Origin: Octopus vulgaris
Taxonomy: Eukaryota
DNA: 64,000 nt
Assembly (NCBI GenBank): GCA_951406725.2
Contig: OX597834.1
Coordinates: 30,938,001 to 31,002,000, forward strand
Reading direction: 5' to 3'
Of this stretch, positions 27,573 to 42,619 are shown one piece after another. Position numbers and translations under genes: made by a program. Position 1 is the first letter of the stretch. Each line of letters starts with the position of its first letter. Under the pieces are notes generated by a model. That model searched no databases. It was given only the letters and a program-made list of their open reading frames with translations, and was not told the DNA's origin.

Positions 27573-27632
<60 letters not shown>

Positions 27633-27633
27633 C

Positions 27634-27679
<46 letters not shown>

Positions 27680-27927
27680 GTCCGTCCGTCCACCTGTTAT
27701 AGAAACATGCATGTATGTATGTATGTATGTATGTATGTATGTATGTATGTATGGATGTATGGATGTATGTATGTATGTATGCATGCATGCATGTCTATGT
27801 ATGTACATGTCTATAAACATCTGTATATGTATATGTTACACAGGCACAAGTATTTTTAATAAGTATAGTTTACAGGTGTATATGTATATAATTGTAACAA
27901 ACAAAAAATGTCACCCACACACGCACG

Positions 27928-28016
<89 letters not shown>

Positions 28017-28399
28017 CTCGCTGTCTGTGATTGATTATGTCGGAGTTAAAGTGAACGCTAGTGTTGCGTTGTTGTACCTGCTGACACAGGGTCGGAGGTC
28101 GGGGGTCAAGGATGTATCGGCTCTCTGATTGGTTGGCTGGCCGCAGTGTGTGTGTGTGCGCGTATGTGTGTGTGTATGCGAGCGAACTGCCTGTATGTAG
28201 GTATCCGTGTGTGTGTGTGTGTTTGTGTGTCGTTACTGTGTTTTTTTATCCATGTTTTTTTTTTCTTTTCCTTACATTTTTTTACCTGACCAGAGGTGTG
28301 TACACTGGTTGGTAATCTTTACCTGTCCACCACCATCAATATCATCACCACTGCAACCACCGCCACCACCATCTCCACCACCTACCTCCCCACGTTTCC

Positions 28400-29260
28400 T
28401 AGAACTTTTCTGCAAGTCCTCCTCCTTCGTTCCTCTTACGCCTCCTTCTCCAGTTCTTTATCTTCATCTTTTCCTTCTTTGTTTATTTCCCAATTCTTTA
28501 CCTTTTTTTTTTTCAATTGTTCTTCATCATCATCACCATCATCTTTTCTCGTTCTTCCTCTCTCCTATCCCGCTTTTTCAACCCCTTCTTTTCTCCTCCT
28601 TCTCCTCCTCTTCCTCCTTTGTTCTCCTCCATCTCCTTTATCTTCTTCTTCTTCACCCTCTCTTTGTCTTTTTCTTTTCTTCTTCTTCTTTTCAACTACC
28701 CCCGCCTCTTCCATACTTCCCCTTTTTCCTTCTTCCCTTTCTTCCCCTTCTTTCTTACATAATTTTCCTTCTTATCCTTTTTCTTCTCCCTTTTCACCTC
28801 CTCCTCTTTCCCCTTCTTTTTCACCTCTTTTATTCCTGTTTTTTTTTTTGTTTCCCCTCCTTCCCTTTCTTCTCCCTTTTCTTCCTTTTCTTTTCCTTCT
28901 TTTCTTTTCCTTCTTCTTTTCTTTCCCTCCTCTTCCTCCTCCTCCGTCTTTTTCTTCTTCTTTTCTTTTCCCTCTTCTTCTTCTCCTCCTTCTTCTTCTC
29001 CTTCTTCTTTTTCTTCCTTTTCTTCTTCTTCTTCTTCTTCTCCTCCTTCTTCTTCTCCTTCTTCTTTTTCTTCCTTTTCTTCTTCTTCTTCTTCCTTTTC
29101 TTCTTCTTCTTCTTCTTCTTCTTCTTCTTCTTCTTCTTCTTCTTCTCCTTCTTCTTCTTCTTCTTCTTCTTCTTCTTCTTCTTTTTCTTCCTTTTCTTCT
29201 TCTTCTTCTTCTTCTTCTTCTTCTTCTTCTTCTTCTTCTTCTTCTTCTTCTTCTTCTTCC
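28400..29260. repeat. Long polypyrimidine / (TTC)n tract
   Basis: Almost purely C/T, ending in near-perfect (TTC)n. Confidence 0.95.
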
Positions 29261-29805
29261 AGTTCTCTGCCCCCAACTTCTCCAGCATACAACTACTGTC
29301 GCCATTCTTGTGGTGCTTTGTCCTGGCGGCGTTGGCGGTTGCGTGGAGGTAGTGATGGTGACGGTGGTGGTGGTAGTGGTGGTGGTGGTGGTTGTACCAT
29401 TTGTTCAATAGCTGAGAACGGTGTTGGCTGAGGTAGTGGTGGTGGTGGTGGTGGTGATGGTGATTATGGCTCGAACATCATGAAGTAGTCGCAGTGTTTC
29501 TTAAACTACAACATCGATCACAGCTACAACACCTACTGCAACATGAACCACGAACTACAACCACCAAAACAATTTCACACCTTCAACTTTTACACCACGG
29601 CCATAGCAAAAAAAAAAAAAAAAACCGCAACAAGAACCACAACAACTGCAATCATCACTACCACGAAAACTACAACAGCAGCAACATTCAAGTACAACAA
29701 CTACATCCTAAACTGTAATCGCAAGCACATCAGCGACTACTACTACTACTACAGTAGCCGAAACTACATTTGTAACAACGACCATAACAATAACAAGTTC
29801 AACTA

Positions 29806-29840
<35 letters not shown>

Positions 29841-30117
29841 GTAGCAGCAACAACAACAACAGCAACAACAACAACCACTATAACTACAGCCACGACAAGA
29901 TTTACAACTTCTACATGTGCTAGTGTAACGACCACGATAATTACTGGTACAGGTGCTACCTCCACAATATTTACTTGTAAAACAACTACGTTTAGAAGTC
30001 CGACAACTACAACTACAACAACATTTACCAAAAAAAGTACAAACACCACTTCGGTGACTACAGCCGCAACATCTCGCTAAGGTACCGTAGGTTATCTTAG
30101 AATAGCTTGAAGACGGT

Positions 30118-30176
<59 letters not shown>

Positions 30177-30482
30177 GAGAGGAGATAAATTGAGAGACAG
30201 AGAGGAGAGGGAAAGAGATATTAGGGGGGAAGGCAGAAGAAAGACGGAGAGGGAGAGAGAGAGGGTGGGAAGAGAGAAGGAGATAAAGTGAGAGACAGAG
30301 AGGGGAGGGAAAAAGAAATCGGAGGGGAGGGCAGAAGAAAGACGGATAGGGAGAGAGAGAGAGAGGGGGAAAGAAGGGAGGGTAGAGAAATAAGGGAGGG
30401 AGGGAGGAACAGGGGACATTAGGGAGATACAGAGACAGAGTGAGAAGAAGATTGAAAAAGAGTAGGGGGGTCGCAGCTGGAG

Positions 30483-30514
<32 letters not shown>

Positions 30515-30989
30515 AGGGATTAGAAAGAGAGGAAGATAGAAAGAGCGCGGAAGTAGTGAAAAAACAGAAAGAAAAAGGTAAACAACACAGAGAAAGAGGA
30601 AGAAATAGAGATAGAGTGAGTGATTGGGTGCGTGTGTGTGTGTGTGTATGTGTGTGTCAGAGAGAGAGAGAGGCAGAGACAGAGAGAGAGACAGACAGAA
30701 ACACAGAGAGAGAGAGAGACAGAGAGAGAGACAGAGAGAGAGAGAGAGAAGGCTGAAAGAGAGATAGTGTGAATGAGTGTTTTGTGCGTGAGAGGGAGAG
30801 GAAAGTAAGTGACAGATTACGTGTGAGTGGGAGAGAGAGAGAGATTGAGAAAGTGTGTATATGTGTGTTTGAGTATGTATGTATGTGTGTGAGAGAGCGA
30901 GAGAAAGAGAGAGAGAGAGAGAGAAAGAAAGAGGAAACCTGAGAGGGAGTGAGAGAGAGAGAGAGAGAAAGAGGTGTGTATGTGTGTGT

Positions 30990-31275
30990 GTGAGTGAGTG
31001 GGAGAGAGGGTTGGTTGGAGCAGCGAGTGTTTACACCTTGGACTAAAAGAGAAGGAAAGAAAAAAGAACAAAAACCAAAAAAACAAAGACAAAGACAAAA
31101 AACAAGAAGAAAAAAAGGAAACTAAAGAACTGAAAACACGGAAAGAACAACAACAAAAACAAAACAAACTCAAGAGAAAAACTTCGCGAGAGAAGCCAGA
31201 ACGTGGAGAGAGAAGAAATTGCTTGTTTTGTGCTGTGGTCAAACGATATTGTCACCTCATAGGACTACACCACAG
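30990..31275 (+). other. Candidate non-coding first exon ending at a strong splice donor
   Basis: Unique purine-rich leader ending CAG|GTAAGC (GT at 31276), downstream of (GA)n blocks; start position is a guess. Confidence 0.35.
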
Positions 31276-31309
31276 GTAAGCAGGACTCTTAGCACCTTGT
31301 TAGCTGTAT

Positions 31310-31373
<64 letters not shown>

Positions 31374-31526
31374 GCATGTATTATAACGGTCAGTGAGTGA
31401 GTGTGTGTGTGTTGGGGGTTGGTGTTAGGGACATTTGTTTACATATATTCAGGTACATTTATATGTGTGTGTGTGTGTGTCGCGACGTGCGTGTTTCTGA
31501 AAGCCTTTATGTAAATTGTCTATGCA

Positions 31527-31669
<143 letters not shown>

Positions 31670-31772
31670 TTACATATCTATCTATGTATTTGTCTACTTG
31701 TCTATTTAGGACTATCTTTTTTTTGTTTACATATATATATATGTACACTCACATTTATTATGCAAAAAAAGA

Positions 31773-31835
<63 letters not shown>

Positions 31836-31900
31836 ATATGTGTGTGTGTATTTGTGTGTGCGCACGCGCATCTATACGTTATAGTTTATAAGCATGTGAA

Positions 31901-31937
<37 letters not shown>

Positions 31938-32244
31938 TTCTTTACTTTACTTATATATATATAACTATCCATATATATGTGTGTGTAAAATAGTAATATA
32001 TATATATATATATATATATACATTCACACACACATACATACAAACGTAAACACCTATATACATGATACTATATATATATGTATGTATGTATGTGTGTACG
32101 TATGAGTATATGTAGATGTTTGTGTGTGTGTGAGTGTGTGTATTATTAGATACAAGCTAGTTTGTAAAACATCGTCACCCCACCGAAGTACATGCAGGTT
32201 AAACGAACTTGTAAAAATGTTTTTCTCTCTGTCTTTCTTGTTAA

Positions 32245-32380
<136 letters not shown>

Positions 32381-32419
32381 ACGTATCCATGTATATATAT
32401 ATATATATATATAACAACA

Positions 32420-32615
32420 GCCCGGACTTTGTCAGTGAACAAGTCGCGGATTTTAGCGACGAAAATATTTTGACAAATTAAACTTAAATGTTGGAGTGAA
32501 TCGAACGGCTTTTGTGTGTTTCTTAAATGGCTTACAAACACCTTCCACGCTGCAATTGTTTTCGTTTCAGCACACGATCTCAGATCAAATTACTTGCTAT
32601 GCGAGTACATCTCCG

Positions 32616-32618
<3 letters not shown>
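32420..32618. mobile_element. Terminal fragment of a DNA-transposon MITE, ending CATCTCCGTA at (TA)n
   Basis: Homologous to 61707-61870. Confidence 0.7.
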
Positions 32619-32669
<51 letters not shown>

Positions 32670-32814
32670 TTATATATATATATACGTGTGTGTGTGTGTG
32701 TGTATAATCTGTGTCTGTGTGTGTCTTAATTTGATGTATTGAAAACATCGTCACACCACAGACCAGAAGCAGGTAAGATCGGTCTCGTGCGTTCACCTGT
32801 GTCATATTTATCTG

Positions 32815-32864
<50 letters not shown>

Positions 32865-32951
32865 TATATAAACATATATATGCATATATAAACATATATA
32901 TATGCACACATATAAACATATATATATATGCACACATATATAAACACACAC

Positions 32952-33083
<132 letters not shown>

Positions 33084-33164
33084 CAGGTTTCTCGTAGCAC
33101 TAGGCCACTTGGTGTGGAATAAATATACTATTAAATTAGTATCTAATTCTCTCACCCTTATTAA

Positions 33165-33206
<42 letters not shown>

Positions 33207-33274
33207 AATAGTTTAATTCACTGGGGCACCGCTCTGAAGTGTTTTAGTCAAGTGAATCGACCCCAATACTTTTT

Positions 33275-33500
33275 TTTTATTGCCCACAAGGGTCTAAACA
33301 TAGAGGGGACAAACAAGGACAGAGAAAGGGATTAAGTCGATTACATCGACCCCAGTGCGTATCAGGTACTTAATTTATCGACCCCCAATGGATGAAAGGC
33401 AAAGTCGACCTCGGCGGAATTTGAACTCAGAACGTAGAGACAGACGAAATACCAATAAGCATTTCGCCCAGCATGCTAACATTTCTGCCAGATCGCCCCA
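33275..33500 (-). mobile_element. SINE family C
   Basis: Shared core and tail. Confidence 0.85.
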
Positions 33501-33793
33501 ATATTTATTTTTAAAACCATGTGCTTTATTCTGTCGGTCTGTTTTGACAAACCGCTAAGGTATGAAGACGTAAGCAAACTAACACCTGTTGTCAGGTGGA
33601 AGACAAACACAAATAAGAATGACACACACACACACACATATACATATGACGCTGTTTCTGTCAGTTCCCCTCTTTGGTCTGCAGAAGACGCCTGCCCATA
33701 ATGTTATGCAGTGGGACTGAACCCGGAATCATGAGGTTGGGTCGGAAACTTCTTACCACACAGCCAAGCCTGCCTCTCTTTCTCTCACTTAAC

Positions 33794-33836
<43 letters not shown>

Positions 33837-33923
33837 CAGAGCTAATGAGACAGACAGAGAAATACATTATAAATATGTAAAATTCTACATTATACATGTG
33901 TGTGTTTATAACCACACATATAT

Positions 33924-34008
<85 letters not shown>

Positions 34009-34062
34009 GTTAAACTGATGGTATTATTAAATTAATATCTAATTTTTCACCCTCATTTATGA

Positions 34063-34091
<29 letters not shown>

Positions 34092-34115
<24 letters not shown>

Positions 34116-34312
34116 TAATCCAAACAAGAAAACAAAAAAGACAACAACGCAAGGAGGTGGAACAATTAAAGTATTATTGGGCGCTCAGGAAAAAAGGGAA
34201 GAAGGAGGGTATGACGTTTCGAGCGGAGCTCTTCGTCGGAAACATAAGAGAAAGAGAGATCCCGAGGTGGGAGGACAGAGGGAAATAAAACGCGAGTGGT
34301 CTTCACGAGGTA

Positions 34313-34364
<52 letters not shown>

Positions 34365-34837
34365 CGAAACGTAGAGTAGATGAAACCATAGTGACTGAAG
34401 AAGGGTTTTTTCTTTGTGTTAATTGTCCTACACCTTTTTTTTGTTTTTTTTTAAATGTCCAGTTCCTTTGGTTTGTGTCTATGTTTTCGTTTCTCATTGT
34501 GTTCGACGTCTTTTTGGTGTCCTGTACCCCATATATGCGTGTATATGTACATGTAGAGGTAGGTACGTACATGTATGTTTATATATATATGCATATGTTT
34601 TATTTATTAATATATATATATATCTGTAAATTAATATGTTACCATTATACAATAGTCAAGATAAAACTCTGGCCAGATAACCGAAGAGATGGTGTTGTGG
34701 ATTTCCAATTCCGCATCTGAAACTCAGAGTTTTATCTTGACTATTGTATAATGGTAACATATTAATTTACAGATAAATTTCCTCTATTTACATAATATTG
34801 AGGTCTCTTCCTTTCTTTTGTTATCTTACCGTTTTTA

Positions 34838-34887
<50 letters not shown>

Positions 34888-35025
34888 AAAGTAAAAAATA
34901 TACAAACTGGGACAAGAATGTGAAACATTTAGAAGACGACACAAAAAAACACAGACGGGACATTCGAAGCCCTCAGTCATCAGTCAAGAACCGGATCATC
35001 TTCGCAATTTCGGCTGCTTAATCTT
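34092..35025. mobile_element. Cluster of four Penelope-type fragments (P1 -, P4 +, hairpin cassette +, P3 -) separated by (TA)n
   Basis: Hammerhead-like motifs at 34209-34243(-), 34361-34405(+), 34675-34737(+) and 34958-35016(-). Confidence 0.7.
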
Positions 35026-35732
35026 ATGGTGATTATATATCTGGTATATGTTTCGTTGGCTATGTCAACCGTGGAGTACGTGCTGGATTTGTTCTTGTAC
35101 CAATTGCCATAGTCCTTATCTTAGGACTCAATTTTATGGTCAGAAGTTTATGTACTTATGTATGTATGTATGTATGTATGTATGTATGTATGTATGTATA
35201 TGCTGTGCGTATATTTATGTATAAGTATGATGCATGTATATGTATGTGCGCATTTATTTTCATTTATATACATGTGTGTGTGCATGTTGTATATATGTGT
35301 ATATATGTATTTATATACGGGCATGCTTTTATGTGTGCGTGATGTGTGCGAGCAGGCGCGCGTCATGGTATTCGCATATTATGATCATGGATAATGTTAT
35401 CAGGCGGTTATTGTCATGAAGAGTTTGGTCGGACCCAAACATGTTCGGGATATTCTTATTATATTCTTGGATCTATGTTATCAGCCGGTTATTGCCATCT
35501 TAAGTTTTCCGTCCCGCAGCAATCACAATAAGCGGTTTCCACACACACACACACACATGCACACACATGCAAATGCACGCACGCGCGCGCACACATACAT
35601 GCACACTTATATGTAAGTATGCATGTGTGCATGTTTCTGTCTGTATGTGCCAATGCATAAAACTGGTATCTGAGCACCTGTACAGTGCAGTATTTTTTGC
35701 TATGAGTATGGTTACAAATATACGTACATACA

Positions 35733-36286
<554 letters not shown>

Positions 36287-36348
36287 CGAATGGTTTACCC
36301 CTGGTAGCTTACTGGTAAAGCACGGTCACTTTCACAGTGATCGTTAGG

Positions 36349-36464
36349 TATATGGCAATTGAAAGACGGAAGATGAGGAATCGATGCTTGATGTGTCGAA
36401 ACAATTGTCGTGATAAATAATAAATTCTCGAATATGCCATCTTCCGTCTTTCATTTGTCATATA
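36349..36464 (+). mobile_element. Hairpin cassette with a truncated hammerhead-like motif
   Basis: 27-bp inverted arms (36349-36375 / 36438-36464, 2 mismatches); GATGA...CGAAACAATTGTC then AATAAA inside. Confidence 0.6.
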
Positions 36465-36721
36465 TATATATACACATACATACATGGGCAGATGGGGGTT
36501 CTGGGAAGACAGATGACTTCCAGGAGGGTCTGGCATGGGTATATGGGGGTTAGCGACCCTATTCACAGTCCTTGATAAATGGCACCAAATCAGCTACGAA
36601 AGCCAAGAGCAAGTGACCCTCTCCTCCCAGGCATACCGAGAGGTTTGAGTGGGGATGAGAGACTCAGCAGAACGTGTTCAAAGATTTACAGGCACAGAAG
36701 CAGCTCTAAGCATCATTAACT

Positions 36722-37108
36722 GGATGGAAGCACTCCGTCGGTTACGACGATGAGGGTTCCGGTTGATCCGATCAACGGAACAGCCTGCTCGTGAAATTAA
36801 CGTGTAAGTGGCCGAGCATTCCACAGACACGTGTACCCTTAACGCAGTTCTCGGGGATATTCAGCGTGACACAGAGAGTGACAAGGCCGGCCCTTTGAAA
36901 TACAGGTACAACAGAAACAGGAAGTAAGAGTGAGAGAAAGTTGTGGTGAAAGAGTACAGCAGGGATCACCACCATCCCCTGCCGGAGCCTCATGGAACTT
37001 TAGGTGTTTTCGCTCAATAAACACTCACAACGCCCGGTCTGGGAATCGAAACCGCGTTCCTACGACCGCGAGTCCGCTGCCCTAACCACTGGGCCATTGC
37101 GCCTCCAC
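36722..37108 (-). mobile_element. SINE family B, full length with TSD
   Basis: Flanking direct repeat ATCATTAACT. Confidence 0.92.
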
Positions 37109-37984
37109 GTATCATTAACTATGGAGGTAGTGGAAGTAAAATTTCTCTGCGAAAAAATTCTGTAAGAACAGGGAAGGGTTCAAAATACGCGGAGGCACGT
37201 CTGACTCTGGAAAGGAGGAACCACAGGTGCAGTGCACGGTGACAGCATATGGGGAGGTGCAGAAGAATTCCAGGAAGGAAGCACCCAACAGAACTGGAAG
37301 TCTTTCAACAGCTGTGTCACATGAGGCTCGCAGGCAGAACAACCTACCTAATAACTCTCCAAAGGACCAATTCCCCACCCGCCCAGTAAGAGATCGAATC
37401 AAATGGCCCAAGATCAATGAAACAAAGAAATGGCTACAACAAGACCAAGTCCTCGACAAAATATCAGAATGCATGTTGGTAGGTGCTGCTAAGCAAAAAG
37501 TGGATGCCTATCACATTCAATCTGACAAGTGATCGCTGTGGAACAGAAAACGGACAAGTTGCCTTCAAAATAAAGAAGGACCATTGCAAAAGATAAAGAG
37601 AGGTACATCTTTTGAGGAGAGAAATCAAGACACTCCCCACCCGCAATAAGCAGTATAAAACATATACTGCAAATGAAGATGGAAGCCATGAAGGACTTGA
37701 CGGATCAGTACCGAGATCTTCTGAACAGAAAGCAGCCGGAAGTGAAGGAAAGAAGGAGTGGGAGACCAAGCAGGCGCAGTTTACTAAGAATCCGTTTAGG
37801 TTCATCAGAACACAGATGGGTGAGATCAAATCGGAGAGATTGACCAGCCCCAGAAATGTAGAAGCTTTCCTGAGGGGAGGTCTTCAACGACAACCTCAAG
37901 AACCAAGCCTTCGCTGCCAACCCAGACGTCAGTGGAGCGGAAGTACTAGGAAACAAGTTTGATAGAAACTGTCTATTCTGGAAA

Positions 37985-38216
37985 GGCGGCGAGCTGGCAG
38001 AAACGTTAGCACGCCGAGCGAAATGCGTAGCCGTATTTCGCCTGCCATTACGTTCTGAGTTCAAATTCCGCCGAGGTCGACTTTGCCTTTCATCCTTTCG
38101 GGGTTGATAAATTAAGTACCAGTTACGCACTGAGGTCGATGTAATCGACTTGATCCGTTTGTCCGTCCTTGTTTGTCCCCTCTGTGTTTAGCCCCTTTGT
38201 GGGTAGTAAAGAAATA
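37985..38216 (+). mobile_element. SINE family C, full length with TSD
   Basis: GGCGGCGAGCTGGCAGAA head, GAGTTCAAATTC B box; TSD TATTCTGGAAA at 37974-37984 and 38217-38227. Confidence 0.92.
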
Positions 38217-38683
38217 TATTCTGGAAAGAAGTGAAAGAAGTGGTGAACAAGTCCAGATCAGGGCCAGCTCCTGGCCAGAGTGACATACGTTATAAAGTAC
38301 ACAAAAAATGCCCATTGCTCATTCGGAGACTGTGGGTGTTATTCCGAAAGATCTGGACAAATGGGAATCATTCCATTTTGCTCGAAGAAGGCAGAATGTT
38401 TTGTTTTTTTTATCAAAGGAAGAAAACTCCTCGGCTATGAACCATTTCAGAACCATCTCATTCCTCCTTTTTCTTGTGTATCAGAAAAAGACCACATTAA
38501 CTGGGAAAGGTAACCGTGGATTTACAAAACTGACCGGTGATGGACTTCAACGCAGATCTTATTTTAGGATTACCTGGAGTTCTATACCAATCGGAAAATA
38601 TTTTGTTAGCCTAGTGTGTTTCTATTAACATATAGCTTCTCAAGTATTTTGTCCGGGCGGATAACCCCATATTAATGATTATC

Positions 38684-38800
<117 letters not shown>

Positions 38801-38857
38801 ACAAACACACACACACACACAAATACACACACACACACACACACACATACACACACA

Positions 38858-39136
38858 TGAAGGCGCATGGTCTGATGGTTAGTATGTTGCACTCGCGATG
38901 GAGAGCTCGTGGTTTCAATTCCTGGACCAATTCCCGCGTTTCATCTCGCGTTACTCTGCGACCCTTTCGACTCCTGAGATCTGGTACTCCGTACCCCTGT
39001 TTAGACAATGCCAATTTGATGGAGGGGGTGAGCTAATGTACACCACATACATTTGATTACTATGAACGAATCATTTGCCAGGTCTGGGAATCGAAACCGC
39101 GAATCCGCTGCACCAACCACTGGGCTATTGCGCCTC

Positions 39137-39137
<1 letters not shown>
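38858..39137. mobile_element. tRNA-head SINE (+) joined to an inverted SINE-B head (-)
   Basis: GGCGCATGGTCTGATGGTTAG...GGTTTCAATTCC; GGTCTGGGAATCGAAACCGCG...ATTGCGCCTCC. Confidence 0.65.
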
Positions 39138-39214
<77 letters not shown>

Positions 39215-39904
39215 CACACACACACACATACATTCATATATACATATGTATACCACCACCAAATTTCTGGCATTCTTGGTTCTAGACAAGTGCCGGATTA
39301 GATACGGTCACGAAACGGTAATTTTGAGTAAATTCCTAAGAAGACTGCTTCCACCTTATTAGTAACTTCTAAGCTACGAAATTTTCGCGACCCATCTTTG
39401 ATTATCCATTAGAATCACGCTTCTTGGAAATTTGGAAACATTCTACCGTTATATGAAGGCACAACTGTTCAAAACGAAATGTTTCGCCCATCATTAACTT
39501 TTTAACCATTGAGCTCCGATCTGTCTCTTGTAACTTTAGTGTGTAGGGACGTGTGTCTGGTTTTTCCTCTTTTCTGCTGGGACACTATATTTTCCGCGGG
39601 GAACGGCGCTGGATTAACCATAATGGTTAATCCAGCAAAATAAGCACCTGGGATCGATGTAATCCAGTAAATGTGATGGCCCTTGTGCCAATGACAGAAT
39701 CCATTATTATAAAATTAGATGTAGGGAGAATGTTTAGTGAGGTTGCTGAAGTGTGTGCCACGAAGGGCATCCCTTAAGTTTGACCTCCCCCACCCCAGAT
39801 ACAAAGGGCCGCCCTCATAAAAGGGTCATCCAATGTGGAGTATCTCATCCCCCACCCTCCGCCTTGTTACTGAGAGTGTTTCTTTCCTTTATAATATGTT
39901 TGTG

Positions 39905-40206
39905 TGAAGGCGGTTAAAGTATTCGGTTCACGATCGTTAGGTCATAAGTTCGATTCTCGGCTGCGCGGTATGTCCTTCAGCAAGACACTTTATTTCACGT
40001 TGCTCCAGTCGACTCAGCTGGCAAAAAATGAGTGGTACCTGTAATTCGGCAGGCTAGCCGAGTCAAATTCTGTGTCAAGTTGAGAACTACGTTAAGGGTT
40101 AGACGTGTCTGTGGATTACTCAGCCACTTACACGTTAATTTCACGAGCAGGCTGTTCCATGAATTGGATCAACTGGAAACACTCGTCGTCGACAACGACG
40201 GAGAGC
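39905..40206 (+). mobile_element. SINE with a D-like head and B-type tail
   Basis: TTTCACGTTGCTCCAGTCGACTCAGCTG followed by GAGAACTACGTTAAGGG...TTCACGAGCAGGCTGTTCC. Confidence 0.7.
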
Positions 40207-40478
40207 CATTTATTCGTGAAAAAATCAAATGTCTGTATCGAAGGCAGAAAAAAATGGGGAAAATAGTTGTAGGGCAATTTTAGTGTCTTTAAATAATTAT
40301 CTTTTACCTTTTAATTGCTTCAGACATTGGACTGCGGCCACTCTGGAGCAATGGTTATTTTTTTTTTAATCTGATATTTTCTTGTCGTCCTCTTTTCGCA
40401 AACCGCTAAGGAATCGCGGTATAAACAAACCAACACCGGTTGTCAATAGGTGATGAGGGACAAACACAAACGCACGCA

Positions 40479-40522
<44 letters not shown>

Positions 40523-41189
40523 TACAGGCTTCTTTTAGTTTCCGTCCACCAAATCCACTCACAAAACTCTGGTCGGTTCGGGCCTATAGTAGAAGGCACT
40601 TACTGAAAGTACCACGCAGTGGGACTGAACCCGGAACCATGTACCTGAAAAGCTAACCTCTTACCACACAACCACGCCTGCTCTTAGGTCCGTATTAAAG
40701 TATATAGCAGATCCTCAGCTGCCGGAAAATCGGTCGTCTACCTTATTTAACGTACAAAGCATGATGGATCAATAACGTAGCTTGTGTGTGTATAGGGGGA
40801 GGGGTGAGCGCGATGGGGGCGGATCCACCCTGGGCGGCGCTTTTTCATGGGGGCGGCACTTTTGTGTCTTTCGTACAAACTAAGGAACAGTGGTGGGGGG
40901 CGATGTGGAAAACGAAAGGGCCGCCCCGAGCGGCACACACTCGCGCGACCCCATCATGAATGGAGTGAGCGGACAGATAAAGATCGAGAGAGCAAAAGAG
41001 GGAGAGAAAACTATGCGAAGTAAATTTCATTCATGATTATTAATAGGAAGAAGAAATTAATTATTGAATTGACGAAAATCTTCGTCGTTTCGTGTATGAA
41101 AGGAAGGAATGAAGTTGCGCCTTTTTACTCGCCACTGAATACACACACGTGCAATTAGAAATGCATGTGTGTGTGTGTGTGTGTGTGCA

Positions 41190-41220
<31 letters not shown>

Positions 41221-41348
41221 GAGCATGTGTGTGCGCCCGTATAGATATGGGTCTTGTTAAATTTCTTCTAATCACTTGAAATTTCTCAAATTTTCACAGA
41301 TTATTTTTGCACATTCAAGAGGAGAATCGGATTCATTTTTTTCTTGAA

Positions 41349-41700
<352 letters not shown>

Positions 41701-41797
41701 TATAAAACAGTACTGGGAGAATAAGAACGGAACGAAGCGAACGAATCGAGATAGATAGATAGATAGATATGTGGATAGCTGATGGGAGAATCCACTA

Positions 41798-42031
41798 CGG
41801 TAGTCCCAAAACGTTTTTGCATCACAAACCGGTTTCATGGAAGACAACTTTTCCACGGACAGGAGGATCACACACAGAAACAAAACACCAAAATGTATGA
41901 TATATAATGAAGATTATTACATATAAAATTGACATATATATTTCATATGTAATGCAAAAACACTTTAAAATCAAAATATTTATTCTTTCTGGGTTGTGAG
42001 GAGCCAATTGCCCACTATTGAGAGCCCCCTG
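41798..42031. mobile_element. hAT (Charlie-like) MITE, decayed
   Basis: GTCCCAAAACGTTTTTG...ACCGGTTTCATGGAAGACAACTTTTCCACGGAC resembles MER1/Charlie ends; terminates CCCCTG. Confidence 0.6.
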
Positions 42032-42081
<50 letters not shown>

Positions 42082-42140
42082 GTATATGTATATATATATA
42101 TATGTATGTATGTATATGTATGTATATGTATATGTATATG

Positions 42141-42201
<61 letters not shown>

Positions 42202-42619
42202 GTGTGTGTATATTTATATATGTGTATATATAAATATATATGTGTATATATATATGTATATATATGTGTGTATATATGTGTATATATGTATATATATGTG
42301 TATATATATATGTGTGTGTGTATGTATGTATATATATGTATATACATACATACATATATATATATATACACATATATATACGTATATACACATATATACA
42401 CACATATATATATTTATACATACACATAGATAAATATATATATATTTATTTATTTGCCCGTACGTATGTATATATGTATGAATGTATGTATGTATGTATC
42501 TATCTGTAATGGGTGCATATATTTATGTGTGTGTATATATAATTATATACGTACACACACCACACACATACTCTCTCTCTCTCTCACACACACACACACA
42601 TAACCACACATTTGTGTGT

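Larger units (their letters stand above)
36485..38490 (+). pseudogene. Degenerate HERO-like (R2-superfamily) non-LTR retrotransposon, 5' half, interrupted by two SINEs
   Basis: IKWPKINE..W...DQVLDKI; AQFTKNPFRF; EVVNKSRSGPAPG...YKVHKKCPLLIRRLWVLFRKIW; KEENSS...FRTIS. Confidence 0.7.

Noticed and set aside
28207-29411. Long ORFs on both strands (poly-F/L, poly-K/E/R)
   Set aside because: Product of the (TTC)n tract; the His-rich minus frame has an upstream stop and no ATG at its start
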